A stretch of 64,000 nucleotides of DNA from Eledone cirrhosa. Taxonomy: Eukaryota. Made by a program: the position numbers and the translations under genes. The DNA lies in NCBI GenBank assembly GCA_964016885.1, contig OZ024750.1, forward strand, positions 34,100,001-34,164,000. Direction: 5' to 3'. Position 1 is the first letter of the stretch; each line of letters opens with the position of its first letter. This document shows positions 45,801-58,500 of this stretch, one piece after another. Under the pieces are notes generated by a model that searched no databases, was not told where the DNA came from, and saw only the letters and a list, made by a program, of their open reading frames with translations.

Positions 45801-48800
45801 GTTGTGGTTTTACAGGGTAAAGTTAGTGAGGTTGTGGTCTTACAGGGTAAAGTTAGTGAGGTTGTGGTCTTACAGGGTAAAGTTAGTGAGGTTGTGGTTT
45901 TACAGGGTAAAGTTAGTGAGGTTGTGGTCTTACAGGGTAAAGTTAGTGAGGTTGTGGTCTTACAGGGTAAAGTTAGTGAGGTTGTGGTCTTACAGGGTAA
46001 AGTTAGTGAGGTTATGGTCTTACAGGGTAAAGTTAGTGAGGTTGTGGTCTTACAGGGTAAAGTTAGTGAGGTTGTGGTCTTACAGGGTAAAGTTAGTGAG
46101 GTTGTGGTCTTACAGGGTAAAGTTAGTGAGGTTGTGGTCTTACAGGGTAAAGTTAGTGAGGTTGTGGTCTTACAGGGTAAAGTTAGTGAGGTTGTGGTCT
46201 TACAGGGTAAAGTTAGTGAGGTTGTGGTTTTACAGGGTAAAGTTAGTGAGGTTGTGGTCTTACAGGGTAAAGTTAGTGAGGTTGTGGTCTTACAGGGTAA
46301 AGTTAGTGAGGTTGTAGTCTTACAGGGTAAAGTTAGTGAGGTTGTGGTCTTACAGGGTAAAGTTAGTAATGTTATGGTCTTACAGGGTAAAGTTAGTAAT
46401 GTTATGGTCTTACAGGGTAAAGTTAGTGAGGTTGTGGTCTTACAGGGTAAAGTTAGTGAGGTTGTGGTCTTACAGGGTAAAGTTAGTAATGTTATGGTCT
46501 TACAGGGTAAAGTTAGTGAGGTTATGGTCTTACAGGGTAAAGTTAGTAATGTTATGGTCTTACAGGGTAAAGTTAGTGAGGTTGTGGTCTTACAGGGTAA
46601 AGTTAGTGAGGTTGTAGTCTTACAGGGTAAAGTTAGTAATGTTATGGTCTTACAGGGTAAAGTTAGTAATGTTATGGTCTTACAGGGTAAAGTTAGTGAG
46701 GTTGTAGTCTTACATGGTAAAGTTAGTGAGGTTGTAGTCTTACAGGGTAAAGTTAGTGAGGTTATGGTCTTACAGGGTAAAGTTAGTAATGTTATGGTCT
46801 TACAGGGTAAAGTTAGTGAGGTTGTAGACTTACAGGGTAAAGTTAGTGAGGTTGTGGTCTTACAGGGTAAAGTTAGTAATGTTATGGTCTTACAGTGTAA
46901 AGTTAGTGAGTTTGTGGTCTTACAGGGTAAAGTTAGTGAGGTTGTGGTCTTACAGGATAAAGTTAGTGAGGTTGTGGTCTTACAGGGTAAAGTTAGTGAG
47001 GTTATGGTCTTACAGGGTAAAGTTAGTGAGGTTATGGTCTTACAGGGTAAAGTTAGTGAGGTTGTAGTCTTACAGGGTAAAGTTAGTGAGGTTGTGGTCT
47101 TACAGGGTAAAGTTAGTGAGGTTGTGGTCTTACAGGGTAAAGTTAGTGAGGTTGTGGTCTTACAGGGTAAAGTTAGTGAGGTTGTGGTCTTACAGGGTAA
47201 AGTTAGTGAGGTTGTGGTCTTACAGGGTAAAGTTAGTAATGTTATGGTCTTACAGGGTAAAGTTAGTGAGGTTGTAGTCTTACAGGATAAAGTTAGTGAG
47301 GTTGTGGTCTTACAGGGTAAAGTTAGTGAGGTTGTGGTCTTACAGGGTAAAGTTAGTGAGGTTGTAGTCTTACAGGGTAAAGTTAGTGAGGTTGTGGTCT
47401 TACAGGGTAAAGTTAGTAATGTTATGGTCTTACAGGGTAAAGTTAGTAATGTTATGGTCTTACAGGGTAAAGTTAGTAATGTTATGGTCTTACAGGGTAA
47501 AGTTAGTGAGGTTGTGGTCTTACAGGGTAAAGTTAGTAATGTTATGGTCTTACAGGGTAAAGTTAGTGAGGTTGTGGTCTTACAGGGTAAAGTTAGTGAG
47601 GTTGTAGTCTTACAGGGTAAAGTTAGTGAGGTTGTGGTCTTACAGGGTAAAGTTAGTGAGGTTGTGGTCTTACAGGGTAAAGTTAGTGAGGTTGTGGTCT
47701 TACAGGGTAAAGTTAGTAATGTTATGGTCTTACAGGGTAAAGTTAGTGAGGTTGTAGTCTTACAGGGTAAAGTTAGTGAGGTTGTGGTCTTACAGGGTAA
47801 AGTTAGTGAGGTTATGGTCTTACAGGGTAAAGTTAGTAATGTTATGGTCTTACAGGGTAAAGTTAGTTAGGTTGTGGTCTTACAGGGTAAAGTTAGTAAT
47901 GTTATGGTCTTACAGGGTAAAGTTAGTGAGGTTGTGGTCTTACAGGGTAAAGTTAGTAATGTTATGGTCTTACAGGGTAAAGTTAGTGAGGTTGTGGTCT
48001 TACAGGGTAAAGTTAGTAATGTTATGGTCTTACAGGGTAAAGTTAGTGAGGTTGTAGTCTTACAGGGTAAAGTTAGTGTGGTTATGGTCTTACAGGGTAA
48101 AGTTAGTAATGTTATGGTCTTACAGGGTAAAGTTAGTGAGGTTGTAGTCTTACAGGGTAAAGTTAGTGAGGTTGTGGTCTTACAGGGTAAAGTTAGTAAT
48201 GTTATGGTCTTACAGGGTAAAGTTAGTAATGTTATGGTCTTACAGGGTAAAGTTAGTAATGTTATGGTCTTACAGGGTAAAGTTAGTAATGTTATGGTCT
48301 TACAGGGTAAAGTTAGTAATGTTATGGTCTTACAGGGTAAAGTTAGTAATGTTATGGTCTTACAGGGTAAAGTTAGTAATGTTATGGTCTTACAGGGTAA
48401 AGTTAGTGAGGTTGTGGTCTTACAGGGTAAAGTTAGTGAGGTTGTGGTCTTACAGGGTAAAGTTAGTAATGTTATGGTCTTACAGGGTAAAGTTAGTGAG
48501 GTTATGGTCTTACAGGGTAAAGTTAGTAATGTTATGGTCTTACAGGGTAAAGTTAGTGAGGTTGTGGTCTTACAGGGTAAAGTTAGTGAGGTTGTAGTCT
48601 TACAGGGTAAAGTTAGTAATGTTATGGTCTTACAGGGTAAAGTTAGTAATGTTATGGTCTTACAGGGTAAAGTTAGTGAGGTTGTAGTCTTACAGGGTAA
48701 AGTTAGTGAGGTTGTAGTCTTACAGGGTAAAGTTAGTGAGGTTATGGTCTTACAGGGTAAAGTTAGTAATGTTATGGTCTTACAGGGTAAAGTTAGTGAG

Positions 48801-51800
48801 GTTGTAGACTTACAGGGTAAAGTTAGTGAGGTTGTGGTCTTACAGGGTAAAGTTAGTGAGGTTGTGGTCTTACAGGGTAAAGTTAGTGAGGTTGTGGTCT
48901 TACAGGATAAAGTTAGTGAGGTTGTGGTCTTACAGGGTAAAGTTAGTGAGGTTGTGGTCTTACAGGATAAAGTTAGTGAGGTTGTGGTCTTACAGGGTAA
49001 AGTTAGTGAGGTTGTGGTCTTACAGGGTAAAGTTAGTGAGGTTGTGGTCTTACAGGGTAAAGTTAGTGAGGTTGTGGTCTTACAGGATAAAGTTAGTGAG
49101 GTTGTGGTCTTACAGGGTAAAGTTAGTGAGGTTGTGGTCTTACAGGGTAAAGTTAGTAATGTTATGGTATTACAGGGTAAAGTTAGTGAGGTTGTAGTCT
49201 TACAGGGTAAAGTTAGTGAGGTTGTGGTCTTACAGGGTAAAGTTAGTAATGTTATGGTCTTACAGGGTAAAGTTAGTGAGGTTGTGGTCTTACAGGGTAA
49301 AGTTAGTGAGGTTGTGGTCTTACAGGGTAAAGTTAGTGAGGTTGTGGTCTTACAGGGTAAAGTTAGTGAGGTTGTAGTCTTACAGGGTAAAGTTAGTGAG
49401 GTTGTGGTCTTACAGGGTAAAGTTAGTGAGGTTGTGGTCTTACAGGATAAAGTTAGTGAGGTTGTGGTCTTACAGGGTAAAGTTAGTGAGGTTGTGGTCT
49501 TACAGAGTAAAGTTAGTGAGGTTGTGGTCTTACAGGGTAAAGTTAGTGAGGTTGTGGTCTTACAGGCTAAAGTTAGTAATGTTATGGTCTTACAGGGTAA
49601 AGTTAGTGAGGTTGTGGTTTTACAGGGTAAAGTTAGTGAGGTTGTGGTCTTACAGGGTAAAGTTAGTGAGGTTGTGGTCTTACAGGATAAAGTTAGTGAG
49701 GTTGTGGTTTTACAGGGTAAAGTTAGTGAGGTTGTGGTCTTACAGGGTAAAGTTAGTGAGGTTGTGGTTTTACAGGGTAAAGTTAGTGAGGTTGTGGTCT
49801 TACAGGGTAAAGTTAGTGAGGTTGTGGTCTTACAGGGTAAAGTTAGTGAGGTTGTGGTTTTACAGGGTAAAGTTAGTGAGGTTGTGGTCTTACAGGGTAA
49901 AGTTAGTGAGGTTGTGGTCTTACAGGGTAAAGTTAGTGAGGTTATGGTCTTACAGGGTAAAGTTAGTGAGGTTGTAGTCTTACAGGGTAAAGTTAGTGAG
50001 GTTGTGGTTTTACAGGGTAAAGTTAGTGAGGTTGTGGTCTTACAGGGTAAAGTTAGTGAGGTTGTGGTTTTACAGGGTAAAGTTAGTGAGGTTGTGGTCT
50101 TACAGGGTAAAGTTAGTGAGGTTGTGGTTTTACAGGGTAAAGTTAGTGAGGTTGTGGTCTTACAGGGTAAAGTTAGTGAGGTTGTGGTCTTACAGGGTAA
50201 AGTTAGTGAGGTTGTGGTTTTACAGGGTAAAGTTAGTGAGGTTGTGGTCTTACAGGGTAAAGTTAGTGAGGTTGTGGTTTTACAGGGTAAAGTTAGTGAG
50301 GTTGTGGTCTTACAGGGTAAAGTTAGTGAGGTTGTGGTCTTACAGGGTAAAGTTAGTGAGGTTGTGGTTTTACAGGGTAAAGTTAGTAATATTATGGTCT
50401 TACAGGGTAAAGTTAGTAATGTTATGGTCTTACAGGGTAAAGTTAGTGAGGTTGTGGTCTTACAGGGTAAAGTTAGTGAGGTTGTAGTCTTACAGGGTAA
50501 AGTTAGTAATGTTATGGTCTTACAGGGTAAAGTTAGTAATGTTATGGTCTTACAGGGTAAAGTTAGTGAGGTTGTAGACTTACAGGGTAAAGTTAGTGAG
50601 GTTGTGGTCTTACAGGGTAAAGTTAGTAATGTTATGGTCTTACAGTGTAAAGTTAGTGAGTTTGTGGTCTTACAGGGTAAAGTTAGTGAGGTTGTGGTCT
50701 TACAGGATAAAGTTAGTGAGGTTGTGGTCTTACAGGGTAAAGTTAGTGAGGTTATGGTCTTACAGGGTAAAGTTAGTGAGGTTGTAGTCTTACAGGGTAA
50801 AGTTAGTGAGGTTGTGGTTTTACAGGGTAAAGTTAGTGAGGTTGTGGTCTTACAGGGTAAAGTTAGTGAGGTTGTGGTTTTACAGGGTAAAGTTAGTGAG
50901 GTTGTGGTCTTACAGGGTAAAGTTAGTGAGGTTGTGGTTTTACAGGGTAAAGTTAGTGAGGTTGTGGTCTTACAGGGTAAAGTTAGTGAGGTTGTGGTCT
51001 TACAGGGTAAAGTTAGTGAGGTTGTGGTTTTACAGGGTAAAGTTAGTGAGGTTGTGGTCTTACAGGGTAAAGTTAGTGAGGTTGTGGTTTTACAGGGTAA
51101 AGTTAGTGAGGTTGTGGTCTTACAGGGTAAAGTTAGTGAGGTTGTGGTCTTACAGGGTAAAGTTAGTGAGGTTGTGGTTTTACAGGGTAAAGTTAGTAAT
51201 GTTATGGTCTTACAGGGTAAAGTTAGTAATGTTATGGTCTTACAGGGTAAAGTTAGTGAGGTTGTGGTCTTACAGGGTAAAGTTAGTGAGGTTGTAGTCT
51301 TACAGGGTAAAGTTAGTAATGTTATGGTCTTACAGGGTAAAGTTAGTAATGTTATGGTCTTACAGGGTAAAGTTAGTGAGGTTGTAGTCTTACATGGTAA
51401 AGTTAGTGAGGTTGTAGTCTTACAGGGTAAAGTTAGTGAGGTTATGGTCTTACAGGGTAAAGTTAGTAATGTTATGGTCTTACAGGGTAAAGTTAGTGAG
51501 GTTGTAGACTTACAGGGTAAAGTTAGTGAGGTTGTGGTCTTACAGGGTAAAGTTAGTAATGTTATGGTCTTACAGTGTAAAGTTAGTGAGTTTGTGGTCT
51601 TACAGGGTAAAGTTAGTGAGGTTGTGGTCTTACAGGATAAAGTTAGTGAGGTTGTGGTCTTACAGGGTAAAGTTAGTGAGGTTATGGTCTTACAGGGTAA
51701 AGTTAGTGAGGTTATGGTCTTACAGGGTAAAGTTAGTGAGGTTGTAGTCTTACAGGGTAAAGTTAGTGAGGTTGTGGTCTTACAGGGTAAAGTTAGTGAG

Positions 51801-54800
51801 GTTGTGGTCTTACAGGGTAAAGTTAGTGAGGTTGTGGTCTTACAGGGTAAAGTTAGTGAGGTTGTGGTCTTACAGGGTAAAGTTAGTGAGGTTGTGGTCT
51901 TACAGGGTAAAGTTAGTAATGTTATGGTCTTACAGGGTAAAGTTAGTGAGGTTGTAGTCTTACAGGATAAAGTTAGTGAGGTTGTGGTCTTACAGGGTAA
52001 AGTTAGTGAGGTTGTGGTCTTACAGGGTAAAGTTAGTGAGGTTGTAGTCTTACAGGGTAAAGTTAGTGAGGTTGTGGTCTTACAGGGTAAAGTTAGTAAT
52101 GTTATGGTCTTACAGGGTAAAGTTAGTAATGTTATGGTCTTACAGGGTAAAGTTAGTAATGTTATGGTCTTACAGGGTAAAGTTAGTGAGGTTGTGGTCT
52201 TACAGGGTAAAGTTAGTAATGTTATGGTCTTACAGGGTAAAGTTAGTGAGGTTGTGGTCTTACAGGGTAAAGTTAGTGAGGTTGTGGTCTTACAGGGTAA
52301 AGTTAGTGAGGTTGTGGTCTTACAGGGTAAAGTTAGTGAGGTTGTGGTCTTACAGGGTAAAGTTAGTGAGGTTGTGGTCTTACAGGGTAAAGTTAGTAAT
52401 GTTATGGTCTTACAGGGTAAAGTTAGTGAGGTTGTAGTCTTACAGGGTAAAGTTAGTGAGGTTGTGGTCTTACAGGGTAAAGTTAGTGAGGTTATGGTCT
52501 TACAGGGTAAAGTTAGTAATGTTATGGTCTTACAGGGTAAAGTTAGTTAGGTTGTGGTCTTACAGGGTAAAGTTAGTAATGTTATGGTCTTACAGGGTAA
52601 AGTTAGTGAGGTTGTGGTCTTACAGGGTAAAGTTAGTAATGTTATGGTCTTACAGGGTAAAGTTAGTGAGGTTGTGGTCTTACAGGGTAAAGTTAGTAAT
52701 GTTATGGTCTTACAGGGTAAAGTTAGTGAGGTTGTAGTCTTACAGGGTAAAGTTAGTGTGGTTATGGTCTTACAGGGTAAAGTTAGTAATGTTATGGTCT
52801 TACAGGGTAAAGTTAGTGAGGTTGTAGTCTTACAGGGTAAAGTTAGTGAGGTTGTGGTCTTACAGGGTAAAGTTAGTAATGTTATGGTCTTACAGGGTAA
52901 AGTTAGTAATGTTATGGTCTTACAGGGTAAAGTTAGTAATGTTATGGTCTTACAGGGTAAAGTTAGTAATGTTATGGTCTTACAGGGTAAAGTTAGTAAT
53001 GTTATGGTCTTACAGGGTAAAGTTAGTAATGTTATGGTCTTACAGGGTAAAGTTAGTAATGTTATGGTCTTACAGGGTAAAGTTAGTGAGGTTGTGGTCT
53101 TACAGGGTAAAGTTAGTGAGGTTGTGGTCTTACAGGGTAAAGTTAGTAATGTTATGGTCTTACAGGGTAAAGTTAGTGAGGTTATGGTCTTACAGGGTAA
53201 AGTTAGTAATGTTATGGTCTTACAGGGTAAAGTTAGTGAGGTTGTGGTCTTACAGGGTAAAGTTAGTGAGGTTGTAGTCTTACAGGGTAAAGTTAGTAAT
53301 GTTATGGTCTTACAGGGTAAAGTTAGTAATGTTATGGTCTTACAGGGTAAAGTTAGTGAGGTTGTAGTCTTACAGGGTAAAGTTAGTGAGGTTGTAGTCT
53401 TACAGGGTAAAGTTAGTGAGGTTATGGTCTTACAGGGTAAAGTTAGTAATGTTATGGTCTTACAGGGTAAAGTTAGTGAGGTTGTAGACTTACAGGGTAA
53501 AGTTAGTGAGGTTGTGGTCTTACAGGGTAAAGTTAGTGAGGTTGTGGTCTTACAGGGTAAAGTTAGTGAGGTTGTGGTCTTACAGGATAAAGTTAGTGAG
53601 GTTGTGGTCTTACAGGGTAAAGTTAGTGAGGTTGTGGTCTTACAGGATAAAGTTAGTGAGGTTGTGGTCTTACAGGGTAAAGTTAGTGAGGTTGTGGTCT
53701 TACAGGGTAAAGTTAGTGAGGTTGTGGTCTTACAGGGTAAAGTTAGTGAGGTTGTGGTCTTACAGGATAAAGTTAGTGAGGTTGTGGTCTTACAGGGTAA
53801 AGTTAGTGAGGTTGTGGTCTTACAGGGTAAAGTTAGTAATGTTATGGTATTACAGGGTAAAGTTAGTGAGGTTGTAGTCTTACAGGGTAAAGTTAGTGAG
53901 GTTGTGGTCTTACAGGGTAAAGTTAGTAATGTTATGGTCTTACAGGGTAAAGTTAGTGAGGTTGTGGTCTTACAGGGTAAAGTTAGTGAGGTTGTGGTCT
54001 TACAGGGTAAAGTTAGTGAGGTTGTGGTCTTACAGGGTAAAGTTAGTGAGGTTGTAGTCTTACAGGGTAAAGTTAGTGAGGTTGTGGTCTTACAGGGTAA
54101 AGTTAGTGAGGTTGTGGTCTTACAGGATAAAGTTAGTGAGGTTGTGGTCTTACAGGGTAAAGTTAGTGAGGTTGTGGTCTTACAGAGTAAAGTTAGTGAG
54201 GTTGTGGTCTTACAGGGTAAAGTTAGTGAGGTTGTGGTCTTACAGGCTAAAGTTAGTAATGTTATGGTCTTACAGGGTAAAGTTAGTGAGGTTGTGGTTT
54301 TACAGGGTAAAGTTAGTGAGGTTGTGGTCTTACAGGGTAAAGTTAGTGAGGTTGTGGTCTTACAGGATAAAGTTAGTGAGGTTGTGGTTTTACAGGGTAA
54401 AGTTAGTGAGGTTGTGGTCTTACAGGGTAAAGTTAGTGAGGTTGTGGTTTTACAGGGTAAAGTTAGTGAGGTTGTGGTCTTACAGGGTAAAGTTAGTGAG
54501 GTTGTGGTCTTACAGGGTAAAGTTAGTGAGGTTGTGGTTTTACAGGGTAAAGTTAGTGAGGTTGTGGTCTTACAGGGTAAAGTTAGTGAGGTTGTGGTCT
54601 TACAGGGTAAAGTTAGTGAGGTTATGGTCTTACAGGGTAAAGTTAGTGAGGTTGTAGTCTTACAGGGTAAAGTTAGTGAGGTTGTGGTTTTACAGGGTAA
54701 AGTTAGTGAGGTTGTGGTCTTACAGGGTAAAGTTAGTGAGGTTGTGGTTTTACAGGGTAAAGTTAGTGAGGTTGTGGTCTTACAGGGTAAAGTTAGTGAG

Positions 54801-56420
54801 GTTGTGGTTTTACAGGGTAAAGTTAGTGAGGTTGTGGTCTTACAGGGTAAAGTTAGTGAGGTTGTGGTCTTACAGGGTAAAGTTAGTGAGGTTGTGGTTT
54901 TACAGGGTAAAGTTAGTGAGGTTGTGGTCTTACAGGGTAAAGTTAGTGAGGTTGTGGTTTTACAGGGTAAAGTTAGTGAGGTTGTGGTCTTACAGGGTAA
55001 AGTTAGTGAGGTTGTGGTCTTACAGGGTAAAGTTAGTGAGGTTGTGGTTTTACAGGGTAAAGTTAGTGAGGTTGTGGTCTTACAGGGTAAAGTTAGTGAG
55101 GTTGTGGTCTTACAGGGTAAAGTTAGTGAGGTTGTGGTCTTACAGGGTAAAGTTAGTGAGGTTATGGTCTTACAGGGTAAAGTTAGTGAGGTTGTGGTCT
55201 TACAGGGTAAAGTTAGTGAGGTTGTGGTCTTACAGGGTAAAGTTAGTGAGGTTGTGGTCTTACAGGGTAAAGTTAGTGAGGTTGTGGTCTTACAGGGTAA
55301 AGTTAGTGAGGTTGTGGTCTTACAGGGTAAAGTTAGTGAGGTTGTGGTCTTACAGGGTAAAGTTAGTGAGGTTGTGGTTTTACAGGGTAAAGTTAGTGAG
55401 GTTGTGGTCTTACAGGGTAAAGTTAGTGAGGTTGTGGTCTTACAGGGTAAAGTTAGTGAGGTTGTGGTTTTACAGGGTAAAGTTAGTGAGGTTGTGGTCT
55501 TACAGGGTAAAGTTAGTGAGGTTGTGGTCTTACAGGGTAAAGTTAGTGAGGTTGTGGTTTTACAGGGTAAAGTTACTGAGGTTGTGGTCTTACAGGGTAA
55601 AGTTAATGAGGTTGTGGTCTTACAGGGTAAAGTTAGTGAGGTTATGGTCTTACAGGGTAAAGTTAGTGAGGTTGTGGTCTTACAGGGTAAAGTTAGTGAG
55701 GTTGTGGTCTTACAGGGTAAAGTTAGTGAGGTTGTGGTCTTACAGGGTAAAGTTAGTGAGGTTGTGGTCTTACAGGGTAAAGTTAGTGAGGTTGTGGTCT
55801 TACAGGGTAAAGTTAGTGAGGTTATGGTCTTACAGGGTAAAGTTAGTGAGGTTGTGGTCTTACAGGGTAAAGTTAGTGAGGTTGTGGTCTTACAGGGTAA
55901 AGTTAGTGAGGTTGTGGTCTTACAGGGTAAAGTTAGTGAGGTTGTGGTCTTACAGGGTAAAGTTAGTGAGGTTATGGTCTTACAGGGTAAAGTTAGTGAG
56001 GTTGTGGTCTTACAGGGTAAAGTTAGTGAGGTTGTGGTCTTACAGGGTAAAGTTAGTGAGGTTGTGGTCTTACAGGGTAAAGTTAGTGAGGTTATGGTCT
56101 TACAGGGTAAAGTTAGTGAGGTTGTGGTCTTACAGGGTAAAGTTAGTGAGGTTGTGGTCTTACAGGGTAAAGTTAGTGAGGTTGTGGTCTTACAGGGTAA
56201 AGTTAGTGAGGTTGTGGTCTTACAGGGTAAAGTTAGTGAGGTTGTGGTCTTACAGGGTAAAGTTAGTGAGGTTATGGTCTTACAGGGTAAAGTTAGTGAG
56301 GTTGTGGTCTTACAGGGTAAAGTTAGTGAGGTTGTGGTCTTACAGGGTAAAGTTAGTGAGGTTGTGGTCTTACAGGGTAAAGTTAGTGAGGTTGTGGTCT
56401 TACAGGGTAAAGTTAGTGAG
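33891..56420 (+). repeat. ~22.5-kb 30-bp satellite array (~750 units); consensus TACAGGGTAAAGTTAGTGAGGTTGTGGTCT, major variant ...GTTAGTAATGTTATGGTCT
   Basis: Strict 30-bp periodicity with single-base indels near 34990, 36470, 41946 and 44407. The first few units are more diverged, and the array ends abruptly at 56420. Confidence 0.99.
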
Positions 56421-57260
56421 ATATTTAACTATTAAACTGCATAAATTAGAAGATATGGGAAGGATGAAAAATTATTCACCAATTTAGAAAATAATCTAAG
56501 ACAAGAGAAAAATGGATACTTTGTTTTGATTGACTGTAATTGAGTAAATAAGTTTTCCTCGTTAAATAACATTTAATGAGAAATTATTATTTCAAAATTA
56601 CATCTGATCTGACCAATATTGTTTATGGTTCTCTGATGTAGAAATCTGAAATCAGAAGAAAAAAAGAGAAAGAAAAATAGTTGATACCACAGTTTATTAT
56701 TATTTTGGTGTGTGTGGGTGGGTGAGGGTGGGGTGATGGTGGTGGTGGGTATTTTGATTGTTTTCTGAAGAATTCCACATTTTTTTTTTCTTAATTTGAA
56801 AAAATTGTTGTCTGCTGATTTGAGATGTTATTAATGGAAATGCACCCACAGAAGAGTTGGGAAGAAAAGAAAAATTAATATCACAAACTAAATTGTTTTT
56901 TTTTTCTTCTTCAAAATGTTAATTTTCCTCCCATAAAGATCAATGAGTTCTTCCTAAAAATATGGATTATATTGTTACTCTCAAGCTGTTCTTTCAGTGG
57001 AGAAAATTTAAGTTAAACTTGCTCACCTTTTATTTTAATTTTCTCAGGTTTACAGTTTCTGATCATCAACTTAAAAAGAAATTCTGCCTGGGTTCATTTA
57101 AATAAAATAATCTGCAATGTTCACACATCTTTACAGAATGAATAAATTACTGCAAGAGAAATTTACACACTGAATTTGAATACAGAAGAAATTACAATTA
57201 TGACTTCATAGCATGCGCTGATGGATAACTTCTGCCTGTATTTAAACTTAGTTTATTTTT

Positions 57261-57477
57261 TAAACTCTTTAGCATTTACATTAATCTATATTTACTATTA
57301 TATTTCATTGGTAAAGTCTTTATCTCATATAATAGCGAATCTATGAGATTTTGATATAATTTATTTTGAGAACAATACCTTAACGTCAGTATGAGTGGCT
57401 GGTTACGGCTGGTTTGATCAGCAAAAGGTGACAGAATACTGGCCGGATTTCAGCTGGTTTAAATGCTAAAGGGTTAA
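57261..57477 (+). mobile_element. piggyBac-type MITE
   Basis: TAAACTCTTTAGCATTTACA...AAATGCTAAAGGGTTAA. Confidence 0.85.
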
Positions 57478-57551
57478 TGTAGATAAGGAAGCATTTATAG
57501 AAGATTTGACTGCTATTTCTTGCACATAGTGACTGCATAGCGGCTTCTTTG

Positions 57552-57995
57552 AATCATCATCATAGTTTTTACATCTGTTGTTCCACGCTTGCATGAGTTG
57601 GATGGGTCTTTCTCAGCAGCTCTCCACTTGCTGCACTCCTTCGCCATCTTCTCTGTGAGTCTCAGTGATTTGAGATCAGCTGTCACACCTGCTCAGGTCT
57701 TCCTTGGTCTTCCTCTATTGCGGCTTCCTTCCACCGGCATTTCCTGGCCCTTTCTCACCTAGCGATCATTCTCCATGTGCATCACATGTCCAAACCAATG
57801 CAGTCTTCTCCTCTGCATACTCTCTCTCTCACTCACTCACTCCCTCACTCACTCACTCACTCACTCACTCACTCACTCACTCACTCACTCACTCACTCAC
57901 ACTTGTGTTCTCATTCTCACTCACACTTGTGTTCTCACTCTCACTCAGCTAAGTCCCCTAACATGTCTGGCCAAGCAGTTGTCAACATCATGTCC
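57552..57995 (-). mobile_element. RTE LINE 3' end (family of 24296) interrupted by a (TCAC)n expansion at ~57820-57946
   Basis: Minus frame reads MQRRRLHWFGHVMHMENDR*VRKGQEMPVEGSRNRGRPRKT*, with an (ATG)n tail. Confidence 0.85.
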
Positions 57996-57996
57996 C

Positions 57997-58183
57997 AACC
58001 TTTACCATTTACATTACTCTATGTATACTATTATATTTTCATGGTAAAGGCTTTACCTCACATAATATCGAATCTACGAGATTTTGAGAATAATACCATA
58101 AATCAGTACGAGTGGCTGGTTTGAATAGAAAGGGGTCAGAGAATTCTGGCTGGATATGGCTGGTTTAAATGCTAAAGGGTTAA
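57997..58183 (+). mobile_element. piggyBac-type MITE, internally deleted
   Basis: AACCTTTACCATTTACATTACTCT...AAATGCTAAAGGGTTAA. Confidence 0.8.
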
Positions 58184-58407
58184 ACATTTTCTTCTGTTTG
58201 ACGAATCAATAGTTAATTTGTTTTCTGTTCTCTAGAACTTATACTAACATGACATTTCAATTTATTTGTAATATATCACAGTTTATCCATATCACTGGGC
58301 CAAATGAACTAAACTAATTATTAGTTAACACTCTTACTATATTATGGGCTTTTCTTTTCTTCAGAACTGTATATTTAAATGTAAATAAAACAAAGTGCTT
58401 ATATTTA

Positions 58408-58500
58408 AACTATAAAGTGGTAGTGCTGCTGCCACAACACACAGTCCCGCCTGTACAGTGGTAGTGCTGGTGCCACAGCAACACGTAGTCCACCCTGTAA
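58408..58500 (+). mobile_element. Family-C SINE internal segment leading into the 40-bp array
   Basis: GTGGTAGTGCTG(C/G)TGCCACA occurs twice, then AGTCCACCCTGTAATGTGGTTGG. These are the same units as at 10015-10320. Confidence 0.7.

Noticed and set aside
33891-56420. True telomeric repeat tract
   Set aside because: It contains only telomere-like words (GGGTAA, GTTAG) within a 30-mer, not tandem TTAGGG.
33894-56487. Very long ORFs (up to 1558 aa) as protein-coding genes
   Set aside because: They are pure translations of a 30-bp satellite. Several frames are open at once, frameshifts and stops are copied along with the block duplications, and there is no unique domain.
57020-57240. Possible splice acceptor (TTTTAATTTTCTCAG|G) and terminal exon
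   Set aside because: Only short frames with no recognisable protein and no partner exons. Such motifs are common by chance in AT-rich DNA.
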